64,000 nucleotides of DNA from Candidatus Neomicrothrix parvicella RN1 (GCA_945898515.1 CAMDIH010000003.1:991-64990); one strand, 5' to 3'; positions 37,450 to 46,844 are shown, counted from the first letter of the stretch. Numbers and translations: made by a program. Notes: generated from the sequence alone by a model not told the origin.

Positions 37450-38435
37450 GCGACCGGCGTCGAATCGTGATCGGCGGTGGTGGGGGCAAGCTTTTCGACG
37501 GCCCGTAGGCGGGCACTGGCGGCGCGGCGGTTGGCGGCGATTTCATCGTCGGCCGGTGTCCAGGCCCCTGCCTTCAGCAGCCGAACCGTGGGGTGGATGT
37601 CGCTCGGTGGCGGAAGGTGGGCCGGACCTTTCCACCCCCCGGTGACACCGTGACGGAAGCGTGCCTTCACGATGCGGTCTTCGCCCGAGTGGTATGCCAG
37701 CACCGCACAGCGCCCGCCGGGCTGGAGGACCGCCAGACCGGCGTCTATCGCCTGCGGCAGCACATCGAGTTCGGCATTCACGGCGATACGGATGGCCTGG
37801 AAGGTGCGCTTGGCGGGATGGCCCCCGGTCCGACGAGCCGGGGCCGGGATGGCGTCCCGCACGATCTCCGCCAGCTGCCCGGTGGTTTCCACGGGCCGTT
37901 CTCGGACGATGGCTTTGGCAATCCGATTGGCGAAGCGTTCGTCGCCATAGGCGCGCAGGAGGCCGGCCAACTCGCGCTCACCGGTGTGGTTCACAATGTC
38001 GTCGGCCGATCGCTGCTGGCGCTGATCCATCCGCATGTCGAGCGGCGCGTCGTGCTGGTAGCTGAAGCCGCGGTCGGCGCGGTCGAGTTGGGGGCTGCTC
38101 ACCCCCAAGTCGAAGAGCACACCGCTCACTGGAGTTGTTCCAAGCTCTTTCACAATGTCGTCCAAGGCGTCGAACCGGCTGCGGTGAAGGAGCGCCCGGT
38201 CCCCGAAAGGACGAAGCCGCTCTGCTGCCGCCGTGAGGGCGTCGCCGTCCTGGTCCAGCCCCAGCACCTTGAGGTGCGGGTGCTGCTCCAGCAGCGCCGT
38301 CGCATGCCCCGCACCGCCAACCGTGGCATCTACCAACCAACCAGGGGGTACCGGGGTGAAGAGCGCCACGATCCGCTCCAACAGGACCGGCTGGTGCCGG
38401 AACCCGTGGGGGGAGTCGTGGTTGGTATCGCTCAC
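37446..38435 (-). CDS. rsmH: 16S rRNA (cytosine1402-N4)-methyltransferase
   Basis: HQPVLLERIV, DATVGGAGH, DLGVSSPQLD and the C-terminal SARLRAVEK. GTG 38435 is preceded by GGGGAA. An alternative TTG at 38633 would add 66 low-complexity codons. Confidence 0.9.
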   Translation of the reverse strand: MSDTNHDSPHGFRHQPVLLERIVALFTPVPPGWLVDATVGGAGHATALLEQHPHLKVLGLDQDGDALTAAAERLRPFGDRALLHRSRFDALDDIVKELGTTPVSGVLFDLGVSSPQLDRADRGFSYQHDAPLDMRMDQRQQRSADDIVNHTGERELAGLLRAYGDERFANRIAKAIVRERPVETTGQLAEIVRDAIPAPARRTGGHPAKRTFQAIRIAVNAELDVLPQAIDAGLAVLQPGGRCAVLAYHSGEDRIVKARFRHGVTGGWKGPAHLPPPSDIHPTVRLLKAGAWTPADDEIAANRRAASARLRAVEKLAPTTADHDSTPVA

Positions 38436-38613
38436 CTGCAGTTCCCCGGACAGCGGTTGTCCGCCGAGGTAGTTCCCCGGGACGGACTCGATGGGAAGCG
38501 GGTGGAGAGGGGGCCTTCCATCCCGCTGCCCGAGGGACTGCAGGGGAGCGATACCGCTCCTCGCACGTTTTCGGTTGTCGTCTTTCTCCTCTCGGTCGCT
38601 TGGTCGGTCCAGA
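38436..38613 (-). promoter_or_regulatory. structured mraZ-rsmH spacer (candidate mraW-type RNA motif / translational leader)
   Basis: Hairpins GGAGCG-GUAU-CGCUCC (38545-38560) and CGGACA-ACCGC-UGUCCG (38447-38463), plus the direct repeat GTCC(C)GGGGAACT at 38440-38451 and 38471-38483. Family membership not verified. Confidence 0.3.
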
Positions 38614-39069
38614 TCAAAGGCGTAGGGCGGCAAACGCGTCGCTCACGGTGGAACGCTCGGAGGAGATGTCGGTCAGCGACCCGACCAGCTCATACCAACG
38701 AGCCTTGGCCCAAATTTCGGCTCGATCGCGCCGACCGTTCACCACGACGTCGGTTCCGAGACTGGCGTAGTCGCGCAGGACTTGGGGGATGACCACCCGT
38801 CCCTGCTGGTCGGGGGTTACCTCCGCGGCGTGGGCCATGAAGGTTCGCAACACAGAGCTCGGGGTGGTGCCTTCATCCACCGCTTGCGCCAGGAGTTCGG
38901 CGAGGTCGTCGAAGCCGTCGACGGTCCAGAGACCGAGACAGCCATCGGCCATCCCCACCATGCCACTTTCCCCCAATTGGGCTCGGATCTTGGCAGGCAG
39001 GACCATGCGGCCTTTGTCGTCCAGTCCGTGCTCGTGGGTCCCAACAAATCGGGGCCTCGTCTTAGCCAT
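38614..39069 (-). CDS. mraZ: division/cell-wall cluster transcriptional regulator MraZ
   Basis: ATG 39069 gives MAKTRPRFVGTHEHGLDDKGRMVLPAKIR, followed by the second SpoVT/AbrB-like repeat (QQGRVVIPQVLR). Confidence 0.92.
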   Translation of the reverse strand: MAKTRPRFVGTHEHGLDDKGRMVLPAKIRAQLGESGMVGMADGCLGLWTVDGFDDLAELLAQAVDEGTTPSSVLRTFMAHAAEVTPDQQGRVVIPQVLRDYASLGTDVVVNGRRDRAEIWAKARWYELVGSLTDISSERSTVSDAFAALRL

Positions 39070-39132
39070 GGGGGTTACTGCCTCGCTAGGTAGCGGAACC
39101 CACAAGAGCCCTCTCCCGTGCCGCTACAAGCC

Positions 39133-39161
39133 ATCGTATGCCACTTTTCTACCATGGTCAA
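39133..39161 (-). promoter_or_regulatory. candidate dcw-cluster promoter (Pmra)
   Basis: On the minus strand: TTGACC (39161-39156), a 17-nt spacer, then TACGAT (39138-39133), about 60 nt upstream of the mraZ ATG. It is embedded in phased (A/G)TGG boxes. Confidence 0.45.
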
Positions 39162-39270
39162 CCACTATCCCCCACCAAGGCACACCACGAGGAGCGCGTG
39201 CCATCCCACGAAACGCGTTGAAGCGAGGGTCAGGCGGTCGACCTCCCCCAACCACAACCCGTTGATCGGC

Positions 39271-39969
39271 TTAGGGCAGGGTCGCCAGAAAACTGGCCAA
39301 CAGCCGGTCCAGGGGTACGCCCACCCCGGCGGCCACCGACCGCAGATCATCAGCGGCCGGGGCCGGCAACGCCAACAACCCCGCCACCGTCTCCGGATCC
39401 CAGCGGGCCAGTGCCGCGCACTGCAGTCGGGCCACTGACCGAGTGCGGCGCTGGGCCATACCCACCACCTTCTGGCCGGCGGCGTTCACTACTTCCCCCG
39501 GCCCGAGGCCCGCGAAACACACCGAATCACCCCACGGTGATCGGCGCGATGCACCCCGGTGGACCGTCGTGGCCACCCCGAGTTGGGCCAGGGCCGCCGA
39601 CCACAGTTCGCCCAGCCATCCAAAGGCCCGACCCACATCATCGTCCCAGAGGGGATCACCGGCCGGCACCAACACGTCCACCCACAGCACCTCACCGGGA
39701 ACCACCAGCACCGCACCCCCGCCGCTCCGCCGATGCACCACCTCATGGTCGCCCTCGGCCACCTCCGCCTGCTGGGTGCTCCCGAGCACCAATGCGGCCA
39801 CGGTGGGCTCAAACACCCACACCGCTCGGCGGGGCACGACCGGGAGTGGCCGGGCGTGGGAGACCGACGGAGGCTCCTGGAATCGTTCGATGGACCAGGT
39901 CAAGCCGACCCCGCCGCCGACGCGATCCGACGAGCCACGCCGACCCCATGACGAGCCATCGCACCACAC
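39271..39969 (-). CDS. biotin/lipoate A/B protein ligase family protein (LplA catalytic-domain-like)
   Basis: HRRSGGGAVLV and GQKVVGMAQRR (lysine motif). Start uncertain: ATG 39969 or TTG 39903. Confidence 0.65.
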   Translation of the reverse strand: MWCDGSSWGRRGSSDRVGGGVGLTWSIERFQEPPSVSHARPLPVVPRRAVWVFEPTVAALVLGSTQQAEVAEGDHEVVHRRSGGGAVLVVPGEVLWVDVLVPAGDPLWDDDVGRAFGWLGELWSAALAQLGVATTVHRGASRRSPWGDSVCFAGLGPGEVVNAAGQKVVGMAQRRTRSVARLQCAALARWDPETVAGLLALPAPAADDLRSVAAGVGVPLDRLLASFLATLP

Positions 39970-40154
39970 CGCCGGCAGGAGGCATTGAGCACCACGGCCC
40001 CAGACATCTCTGTCAACCTACCTCTCGCCGCCGTCGCCAGGCCCGCTTCACCACCGGCACGTTGTCTCAATGAGGCTTCCGGCGTCGATTTGGGCGAGAC
40101 TAGAAGACCGGGCGGCCGGGGATAGCCGCTACGTCGAGCAACCAGGAGCGCCTC

Positions 40155-40694
40155 ATGTCCGTGTGCCCGCAGTGTCAGACCGATGTGAATCTGCGCCTGC
40201 AGCGGCGCGATGGGGAGCCTGGCTACCAATGCTCGAAGTGCGATACCTGGTTGCAGTTCGGTGCCCTGCCGCCCAAGGCCCCCACGAAGGGCCGGGCCTC
40301 CGCCCACAAGGCCAGCGCTGGTCGTTGGCCCGACGATTTCCCCCTCGATGCCGACGGCAAGATCGCCGAGGGCATCGTCGTCACCTCCAAGTCTGGCGAC
40401 ATCGAAGGCCGCACCACCGGCGCCCGCCTGCGCTGCACCTCCATTGGTTGCCCGGGCTGGTTTATCGCCGTCACCTGGGAATCCGGTCAGGCCCTCCGGC
40501 CGTGCTCGGAAGGGTGGCACTACGACGCCGACACCAACACGATTCGCATCACCGGTGGCGGCGAGATCTCCGGACGCTTCATTGCCCCCGCGCCCCTCGG
40601 CGTGGAGCCGCTGCCGCGGGAGGATTGGCCCGAGCGAGGCTCGCTCTCCAAGCGCAAGGGCTGGCGTATCAGCCACGCCGCCCCCCGCGCCTGA
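40155..40694 (+). CDS. zinc-ribbon hypothetical protein
   Basis: AGGAG lies 6 nt upstream of the ATG. N-terminal CPQC-x17-CSKC, and a second Cys/Trp-rich domain (CTSIGCPGW...PCSEGWH). G/C third-position bias is strong relative to the overlapping frames. Confidence 0.6.
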   Translation: MSVCPQCQTDVNLRLQRRDGEPGYQCSKCDTWLQFGALPPKAPTKGRASAHKASAGRWPDDFPLDADGKIAEGIVVTSKSGDIEGRTTGARLRCTSIGCPGWFIAVTWESGQALRPCSEGWHYDADTNTIRITGGGEISGRFIAPAPLGVEPLPREDWPERGSLSKRKGWRISHAAPRA

Positions 40695-40697
40695 CCC

Positions 40698-40922
40698 CTA
40701 CCCCTTCGACGCTCGACACCAGCGCAGGTACGTCACGAGGTGGCCCGGTTCGGGGACCTGGTCCCCCGCGCCCCCGTAGGCGGTTTCCATGCGAAAGCGC
40801 AGGTAGTCCTCGTCGGGGACCGGCAGGAACGGCGCCCGTCGCCACCACCCCGGGCGGGCCATCCGATATCCCTGCCGGAGGGCCGTGCCCCACAGACTCG
40901 GATGCGCCAGCACCTCCCCCAC
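40698..40922 (-). CDS. small Trp/Arg-rich hypothetical protein downstream of the acyl-CoA dehydrogenase
   Basis: 74 codons with a GTG start, beginning 23 nt after the ACAD stop. Contains GWWRRAPFLPVPDEDYLRFRMETAYG. Coding-like codon bias. Confidence 0.5.
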   Translation of the reverse strand: MGEVLAHPSLWGTALRQGYRMARPGWWRRAPFLPVPDEDYLRFRMETAYGGAGDQVPEPGHLVTYLRWCRASKG

Positions 40923-40945
40923 CGCCCGACCGATCCCCCTTCGTG

Positions 40946-42205
40946 TCAGGACCGCACCGCCTGCTCATCTCGCCAGGTGGGAGGCGTGGCGCCACGGGGT
41001 TCCTTCGGGAGTCCGAGCACCAACTCCCCCAGGATGTTCCGTTGAATCTGACTGGAGCCGGCGTAGATCGTGCCCGCACGAGCGTTGAAAAAGGTACCCA
41101 CCCAACTGGCGCTGTCGTTCGGAGCGCCGGGATCATCGGTTTGGAACGACGACGCCGGCCACCGGCCATCCGGGGTCATCGCATCGGGCCCAAGGATGTC
41201 GATGGCTAGTTCGCTCACCACCTTGTGGTACTCGCTCCAGAAGAGTTTGAAGGTGCTGCCCTCCGGGCCGGGCTGATGCCCCTGCACGAACTGGGTGAGG
41301 GTGCGCAACCCGAGGAAGCGCATGACCTCCACCTGGGTGTGGCACCACGCCAGACGCTGGCGAATGACCGGATCGGAGGTGGCGCCTCGCTCCTGGGCCA
41401 GGGCGATGAGACGGTTGAGTTCGGTGCGGAACATCAGCGGGAAAGTGGCAGCGGCCTCGCCCCGCTCGTAGCCCAGCAGCGTCATGGCGACACCCCATCC
41501 GCCGTTGACTTCGCCAATCACGTTCTCCTTGGCGCACTTGGCGTCGGTGAAGAACACCTCATTGAACTCAGACTCCCCTGAGATCATCTTGATGGGCCGC
41601 ACCTCGATGCCGGGTTGGTCGAGTGGCACCAGTAGGAAGGTGATGCCCTTGTGCTTCGGCACATCGGGGTCAGTGCGGGTGAGCACGAAGATCCAGTTGG
41701 CGAGGTGCCCCGCCGAGGTCCAGATTTTCTGACCGTTGATCACCCATTCGTCACCGTCGAGGACCGCCCGGCAACCGATGTTGCCTAGATCGGATCCGGC
41801 ATTCGGTTCGGAGTAGCCCTGGCACCAGATGTCCTCGCCGGAGAGGATCCGGGGGATGAAGTGGCGCTTCTGGTCTTCCCGACCCCAATCGAGGATCGTA
41901 TTGCCGACCATCTGGACGGAAAAGACGTCGTTGGTTCCTCCCAGTGGCACACCGGCGCGCTGAAACTCCTCCGCCAGGATCACCTGTTCCAGCGCGGTAA
42001 GACCGGGACCACCGAACTCCTTGGGCCAGGATGTCGCAAGGTAGCCGTGTTCATGGAGAGTGGCTCGCCATGCCTTGGTGAATAGCTCAACTTCATGGCG
42101 CGGTAGGGAGCCGATCCCCGGCCAGGCCGCCGGGAGGTGCTCGGCAAGAAACGCTTGCACCTTCTCGCGGTAAGCAGTGGCCTCAGGCGGATAACTGGGA
42201 TCCAT
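40946..42205 (-). CDS. acyl-CoA dehydrogenase family protein
   Basis: ATG 42205 gives MDPSYPPEATAYREKV. Contains CQGYSEPNAGSDL and the C-terminal IYAGSSQIQRNILG. Confidence 0.9.
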   Translation of the reverse strand: MDPSYPPEATAYREKVQAFLAEHLPAAWPGIGSLPRHEVELFTKAWRATLHEHGYLATSWPKEFGGPGLTALEQVILAEEFQRAGVPLGGTNDVFSVQMVGNTILDWGREDQKRHFIPRILSGEDIWCQGYSEPNAGSDLGNIGCRAVLDGDEWVINGQKIWTSAGHLANWIFVLTRTDPDVPKHKGITFLLVPLDQPGIEVRPIKMISGESEFNEVFFTDAKCAKENVIGEVNGGWGVAMTLLGYERGEAAATFPLMFRTELNRLIALAQERGATSDPVIRQRLAWCHTQVEVMRFLGLRTLTQFVQGHQPGPEGSTFKLFWSEYHKVVSELAIDILGPDAMTPDGRWPASSFQTDDPGAPNDSASWVGTFFNARAGTIYAGSSQIQRNILGELVLGLPKEPRGATPPTWRDEQAVRS

Positions 42206-42225
42206 GCTTCGGGACACTAGCGATG

Positions 42226-43101
42226 TCAGCGAGCAATACCCACCGGATGACCCAGAGCCCGCCACGCCAAGCCCCCCGCGCCTATCAGCGGCCCCGCATC
42301 ACCGAGACGGGCGGGAAGGATGCGTACGCCGTGGGTGAAACCAATCCGCGCCGAACGGTCGAGTTCAGCCTGCGCAGCCTCGAAAAACACCGTGCCAAAA
42401 CCGAGGGCCACCGAACCCGCCACCACCGCCAGTCGCAGATCCAGCAACGCCGCCACCGACGCCACCGCTTGCCCTACCAATCGACCGGTCCGAGATCGCT
42501 CGGCCGCATCAGCCTCGGCGGCCGGACGAGCCGTACGGGCCTGTATGGCCGTCCCCGACACCTCCGCTTCCAGACACCCCCGGCCACCGCACGCACAGCG
42601 CGCCCCGCGGGGTTCAACGATGACGTGACCGATGTGCCCAGCGTTGCCCGACGCGCCGTCGAGCAGTCGGCCCTCGAGCACGATGCCCCCACCAACGCCG
42701 GTGGATACCACCACGGCAATGAAGTTTCGTTCTCCCTGTGCCTCCCCCACCCAGGCCTCTGCCACCGCCAACGCCTTGGCGTCGTTATCCACATGCACAT
42801 CAACCCCCAAGCTCTGCTGGAGCCGTGCCCGCAGGGGGAACTCGCGCCAGCCGGGGATGTTGATCGGCGACACCATCTCGCCCCCGAAAGTCATCGGACC
42901 ACCGCTGCCCACCCCCGCCGCCACCTCGTCGCCGTGGCGCACCGCCGCCGCCGCCGCCAGGAGCGCCGCAAACACTTCCTCTCCGGTGCCCTCCGGAGGC
43001 GTCGGCCGGCTGGCCCGCGCCAGCAATCGACCGGCGGAATCAACCAGGCCCGCCGCCACCTTCGTGCCCCCGACATCAAGTGCCAACACGGTCCCTTGCA
43101 T
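42226..43101 (-). CDS. ROK-family sugar kinase/regulator-type protein
   Basis: LALDVGGTKVAAG and the zinc motif CACGGRGCLE. Confidence 0.85.
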   Translation of the reverse strand: MQGTVLALDVGGTKVAAGLVDSAGRLLARASRPTPPEGTGEEVFAALLAAAAAVRHGDEVAAGVGSGGPMTFGGEMVSPINIPGWREFPLRARLQQSLGVDVHVDNDAKALAVAEAWVGEAQGERNFIAVVVSTGVGGGIVLEGRLLDGASGNAGHIGHVIVEPRGARCACGGRGCLEAEVSGTAIQARTARPAAEADAAERSRTGRLVGQAVASVAALLDLRLAVVAGSVALGFGTVFFEAAQAELDRSARIGFTHGVRILPARLGDAGPLIGAGGLAWRALGHPVGIAR

Positions 43102-43242
43102 CGCCCTGAAGTTACTGGGGCTGGCGCACCGGCGCCGCCGTCAGCGGCGCAGGGGTTGGTGGGATACCAACCCGAGGTTCCCGACGGCCCGTCGGCGACT
43201 CCCCGCGTGGGTACTCAGAGGTGAGGATCTCACGAGGGCGCT

Positions 43243-43620
43243 CTACTCGTCGGCTTGACGGAAACGGTCGCGCACACGACCTCGCGCACCGTCGATGGCA
43301 TCGCGGAGATGGGTGGCCTTCATGGATCGGGAGACCTCGTCGAGCCCAGCCTTGCCAAGTTTGCGCAGGTTGCGCTCGAAGAAAAGGGCGCAGGCCAACA
43401 TCACCAAGAATCCGCCAAAGGCCAACAGGTAGCCCGTAGACAGCGAGGCCACCAAGAAAATTACCCCGAGCACGAAACCAAAACCCGACCACTTCATACG
43501 GCGCAGCGTGTGGGTGTAGAGCGTGGTTTCGCCTACGCGACCGGCGAAGTCGGGGTCATCGGCGTAGAACTGCTGCGCGATGTCGTGGAGGATGCGTTCT
43601 TCGTCTTCTGATAGCGGCAC
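43243..43620 (-). CDS. DUF3040-like membrane protein
   Basis: (M)PLSEDEERILHDIAQQFYADDPDF followed by two TM helices. GTG start with GAGGGGG upstream. Confidence 0.75.
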   Translation of the reverse strand: MPLSEDEERILHDIAQQFYADDPDFAGRVGETTLYTHTLRRMKWSGFGFVLGVIFLVASLSTGYLLAFGGFLVMLACALFFERNLRKLGKAGLDEVSRSMKATHLRDAIDGARGRVRDRFRQADE

Positions 43621-43713
43621 CCTGACCCCCTCGACCGTTGCTGAATCGGATCTTTCGGTTCTGTTGAATCATTCCACAACGTCCTCGGGGAGACAACGCG
43701 AGCCCCTATCTGG

Positions 43714-44976
43714 TCACGTCCCTGGCTGATCCGTTGGCCCCCATTGCTGGTCGCCACGGCGCTTTACCCGGATCCCGCTGGCATCCACCAGGGAAGCCGG
43801 ACCGATAGCAGCGGCGCCGTAGCGAGCCCGTATCGCGTCGATAGCCCCGGTGGCGTCGTCCCAGGACGGGGCCTCGACATCGTCGAGGGTCAGTTGGCGA
43901 GCGCGGTCGTCCAACAGATGACTGACATGAACGCCCAGCAGACGCACCCCCGGGGCTGGGTCGATCTGCGCTAACAGGCCCCCTGCCGCCCTCACCACAT
44001 CGGGCCCGGTGTCTACCGCGGAGGGCAACGTGACCGCCCGGGTAATGGTGCTGAAATCATGGAAGCGCACCTTGAGGGTGACCGTGCGTCCCGCCATTCC
44101 TGCGTGGCGCAGCCGGGCGGCCACGGCATCGCCAAGGCGCACCAATTCACGCTGGAGTGAGGCCAGCTCGTAGTGATCGCGGGCGAAGGTCTCCTCATGA
44201 CCAACGGACTTAGCGCGCCCCACGGGCACGACCTCCCGCTCGTCGTGGCCGGTGGCCAAGCGCAGCAGATGGGTGCCGGCCGCCACCCCCACGGCGGTGG
44301 TGGCGGCGCGACGGTCAAGGGTGGCGAGGTCCGCCACGGTGACCACGCCCATTCGTTGCAACTTCTCCAACGTCTTGGGCCCCACACCCCAAAGCGCCTG
44401 CACCGGCAGCGGCAGAAGAAACGACAACACCGCCGATTGCTCCACCACCTTTACCCCCAGACCCGGCTCGGGACCGCGGCGCCCTATCGTTGGCTTCGCC
44501 GCTTCCGATGCCAGTTTGGCGATGAACTTCGACGGGGCCACGCCCACTGAGCAGGTCAGGCCCTCTTGCGCGAACACGGCGGCACGAATGGCGGCACCGA
44601 TCGTGGGTCCATCACCGTGGAGGCGCAGCGACCCACTCACATCGAGGAACGCTTCATCAAGAGAGATCGGTTCCACCAGAGGAGTGAATGATTGGAAGAT
44701 CGCCATCAGGTGGCGACTGATCTCGGCATAGTGGTCGTGGTCACCGGGCACGAAGACGGCGTGCGGACAACGTCGTTGGGCCTGAGCGGAAGACATCGCC
44801 GAGTGGATCCCGAACACGCGCGCTTCGTAACTAGCCGCCGCCACCACTCCTCGCGCCCCCGGCGCCCCCACGATCACCGGTTGACCGCGCAATTCCGGGT
44901 GACGTTGCTGCTCTACGGAGGCATAGAACGCGTCCATGTCCACATGCAGGATCGTGCGGATCACCGGGGGTGTCAT
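43714..44976 (-). CDS. dinB: DNA polymerase IV (Y-family)
   Basis: ILHVDMDAFYASVE and SLDEAFLDV motifs, with the little-finger region. The ATG overlaps the NUDIX stop (ATGA). Confidence 0.93.
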   Translation of the reverse strand: MTPPVIRTILHVDMDAFYASVEQQRHPELRGQPVIVGAPGARGVVAAASYEARVFGIHSAMSSAQAQRRCPHAVFVPGDHDHYAEISRHLMAIFQSFTPLVEPISLDEAFLDVSGSLRLHGDGPTIGAAIRAAVFAQEGLTCSVGVAPSKFIAKLASEAAKPTIGRRGPEPGLGVKVVEQSAVLSFLLPLPVQALWGVGPKTLEKLQRMGVVTVADLATLDRRAATTAVGVAAGTHLLRLATGHDEREVVPVGRAKSVGHEETFARDHYELASLQRELVRLGDAVAARLRHAGMAGRTVTLKVRFHDFSTITRAVTLPSAVDTGPDVVRAAGGLLAQIDPAPGVRLLGVHVSHLLDDRARQLTLDDVEAPSWDDATGAIDAIRARYGAAAIGPASLVDASGIRVKRRGDQQWGPTDQPGT

Positions 44977-45470
44977 GGATCCACTCGGGCAACGACCACG
45001 TCGTTGGGTGGTGCGCCGGTTACCCGATAGCGGTAGGACCGCCTCTCAGGGTAGTCCCACCGCTCGCTTAGCCAGTCCGTGAGGGGCTCGAGCACCCAGG
45101 GATGGTTGCCCGCCAACAGCGCCGTGAGGTCGTCGTCGGCCACGAACCGTGCCTCGACCACGATGCCATCGGGGTCTTCCACCTGCACTTCACCCTCGTA
45201 GGAAACAGCGAGATAGACCTCCACCCGGAGCGTCCAACCCATCTCCTGCGCCTCGCAGTGAACCTCATAGACCGGCCCTCGCCACTCGGCCACCGCCAGG
45301 CCCGTCTCTTCGAGCACCTCGCGGGTAAGCCCCCCGAGGAGAGGTTCCCCGGCTTCAATCACCCCGCCCGGTGGTGTCCAGTCCTCCCGGTTGTTGCGCC
45401 GGAGATTGCGCACGAGGAGAAGGCCCTCCGCCCCCACGATCAGGCCTGCGCCCACCGTCCAGTCCTGCAT
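44973..45470 (-). CDS. NUDIX hydrolase
   Basis: ATG 45470. Nudix box GGVIEAGEPLLGGLTREVLEETG. Confidence 0.85.
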   Translation of the reverse strand: MQDWTVGAGLIVGAEGLLLVRNLRRNNREDWTPPGGVIEAGEPLLGGLTREVLEETGLAVAEWRGPVYEVHCEAQEMGWTLRVEVYLAVSYEGEVQVEDPDGIVVEARFVADDDLTALLAGNHPWVLEPLTDWLSERWDYPERRSYRYRVTGAPPNDVVVARVDP

Positions 45471-45553
45471 TGCTCCATCCTCGCGCGAACCTGAGCCGAT
45501 CCCGCCGAACCCCAACAAGGCCGCCGCTGGCGATAACCGAAGGTCCGGAGGTA

Positions 45554-46510
<957 letters not shown>

Positions 46511-46519
46511 GCCAGCACG

Positions 46520-46837
46520 GTGCGCGACAAGCCCGGCTCCTTCCCTACGCTAGAGGTCATGCAAACTCCACCGGACAACCCCGAGTACGCGCCGTCATCG
46601 CTCCCGCCCCGCCGTGCTCGCGTGTTGGCGTTCCTCTCCATCGTGGTGGGTGGGGTCTGTGGTGGTCTCATTGGCTACGGGTTTGCCGACCTCACCTGCA
46701 CCACCAACTGCGCCATCCTCGCCGGCGCTGCCGGGGTGCTCGGGGCGGTGGTGGGCGCGGTGGGCGTGGGCGTAGTGGCCATCCTCGCCCTACGGGCCAT
46801 GGGCGAATGGAACACCCGCTCCGACTCGTCGCCGTGA
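46520..46837 (+). CDS. small two-TM membrane protein
   Basis: Gly/Val/Ala-rich TM pair. Start is GTG 46520 or ATG 46559. Confidence 0.5.
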   Translation: MRDKPGSFPTLEVMQTPPDNPEYAPSSLPPRRARVLAFLSIVVGGVCGGLIGYGFADLTCTTNCAILAGAAGVLGAVVGAVGVGVVAILALRAMGEWNTRSDSSP

Positions 46838-46844
46838 GGGGTGT

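Noticed and set aside
37446-38633. Full-length 395-aa rsmH from TTG 38633.
   Set aside because: The extra 66 codons are low complexity, overlap mraZ by 20 nt, and coincide with hairpins and repeats. GTG 38435 has an SD-like GGGGAA and gives a typical RsmH length. This remains unresolved without peptide data, so it is also listed under findings.
39900-41209. Overlapping ORFs 39900..40676 (minus), 40070..41209 (plus) and 40210..40779 (plus).
   Set aside because: Only the 40155..40694 frame has an SD, a G/C-rich third position and Cys-motif structure. The others are R/P/G-rich shadows.
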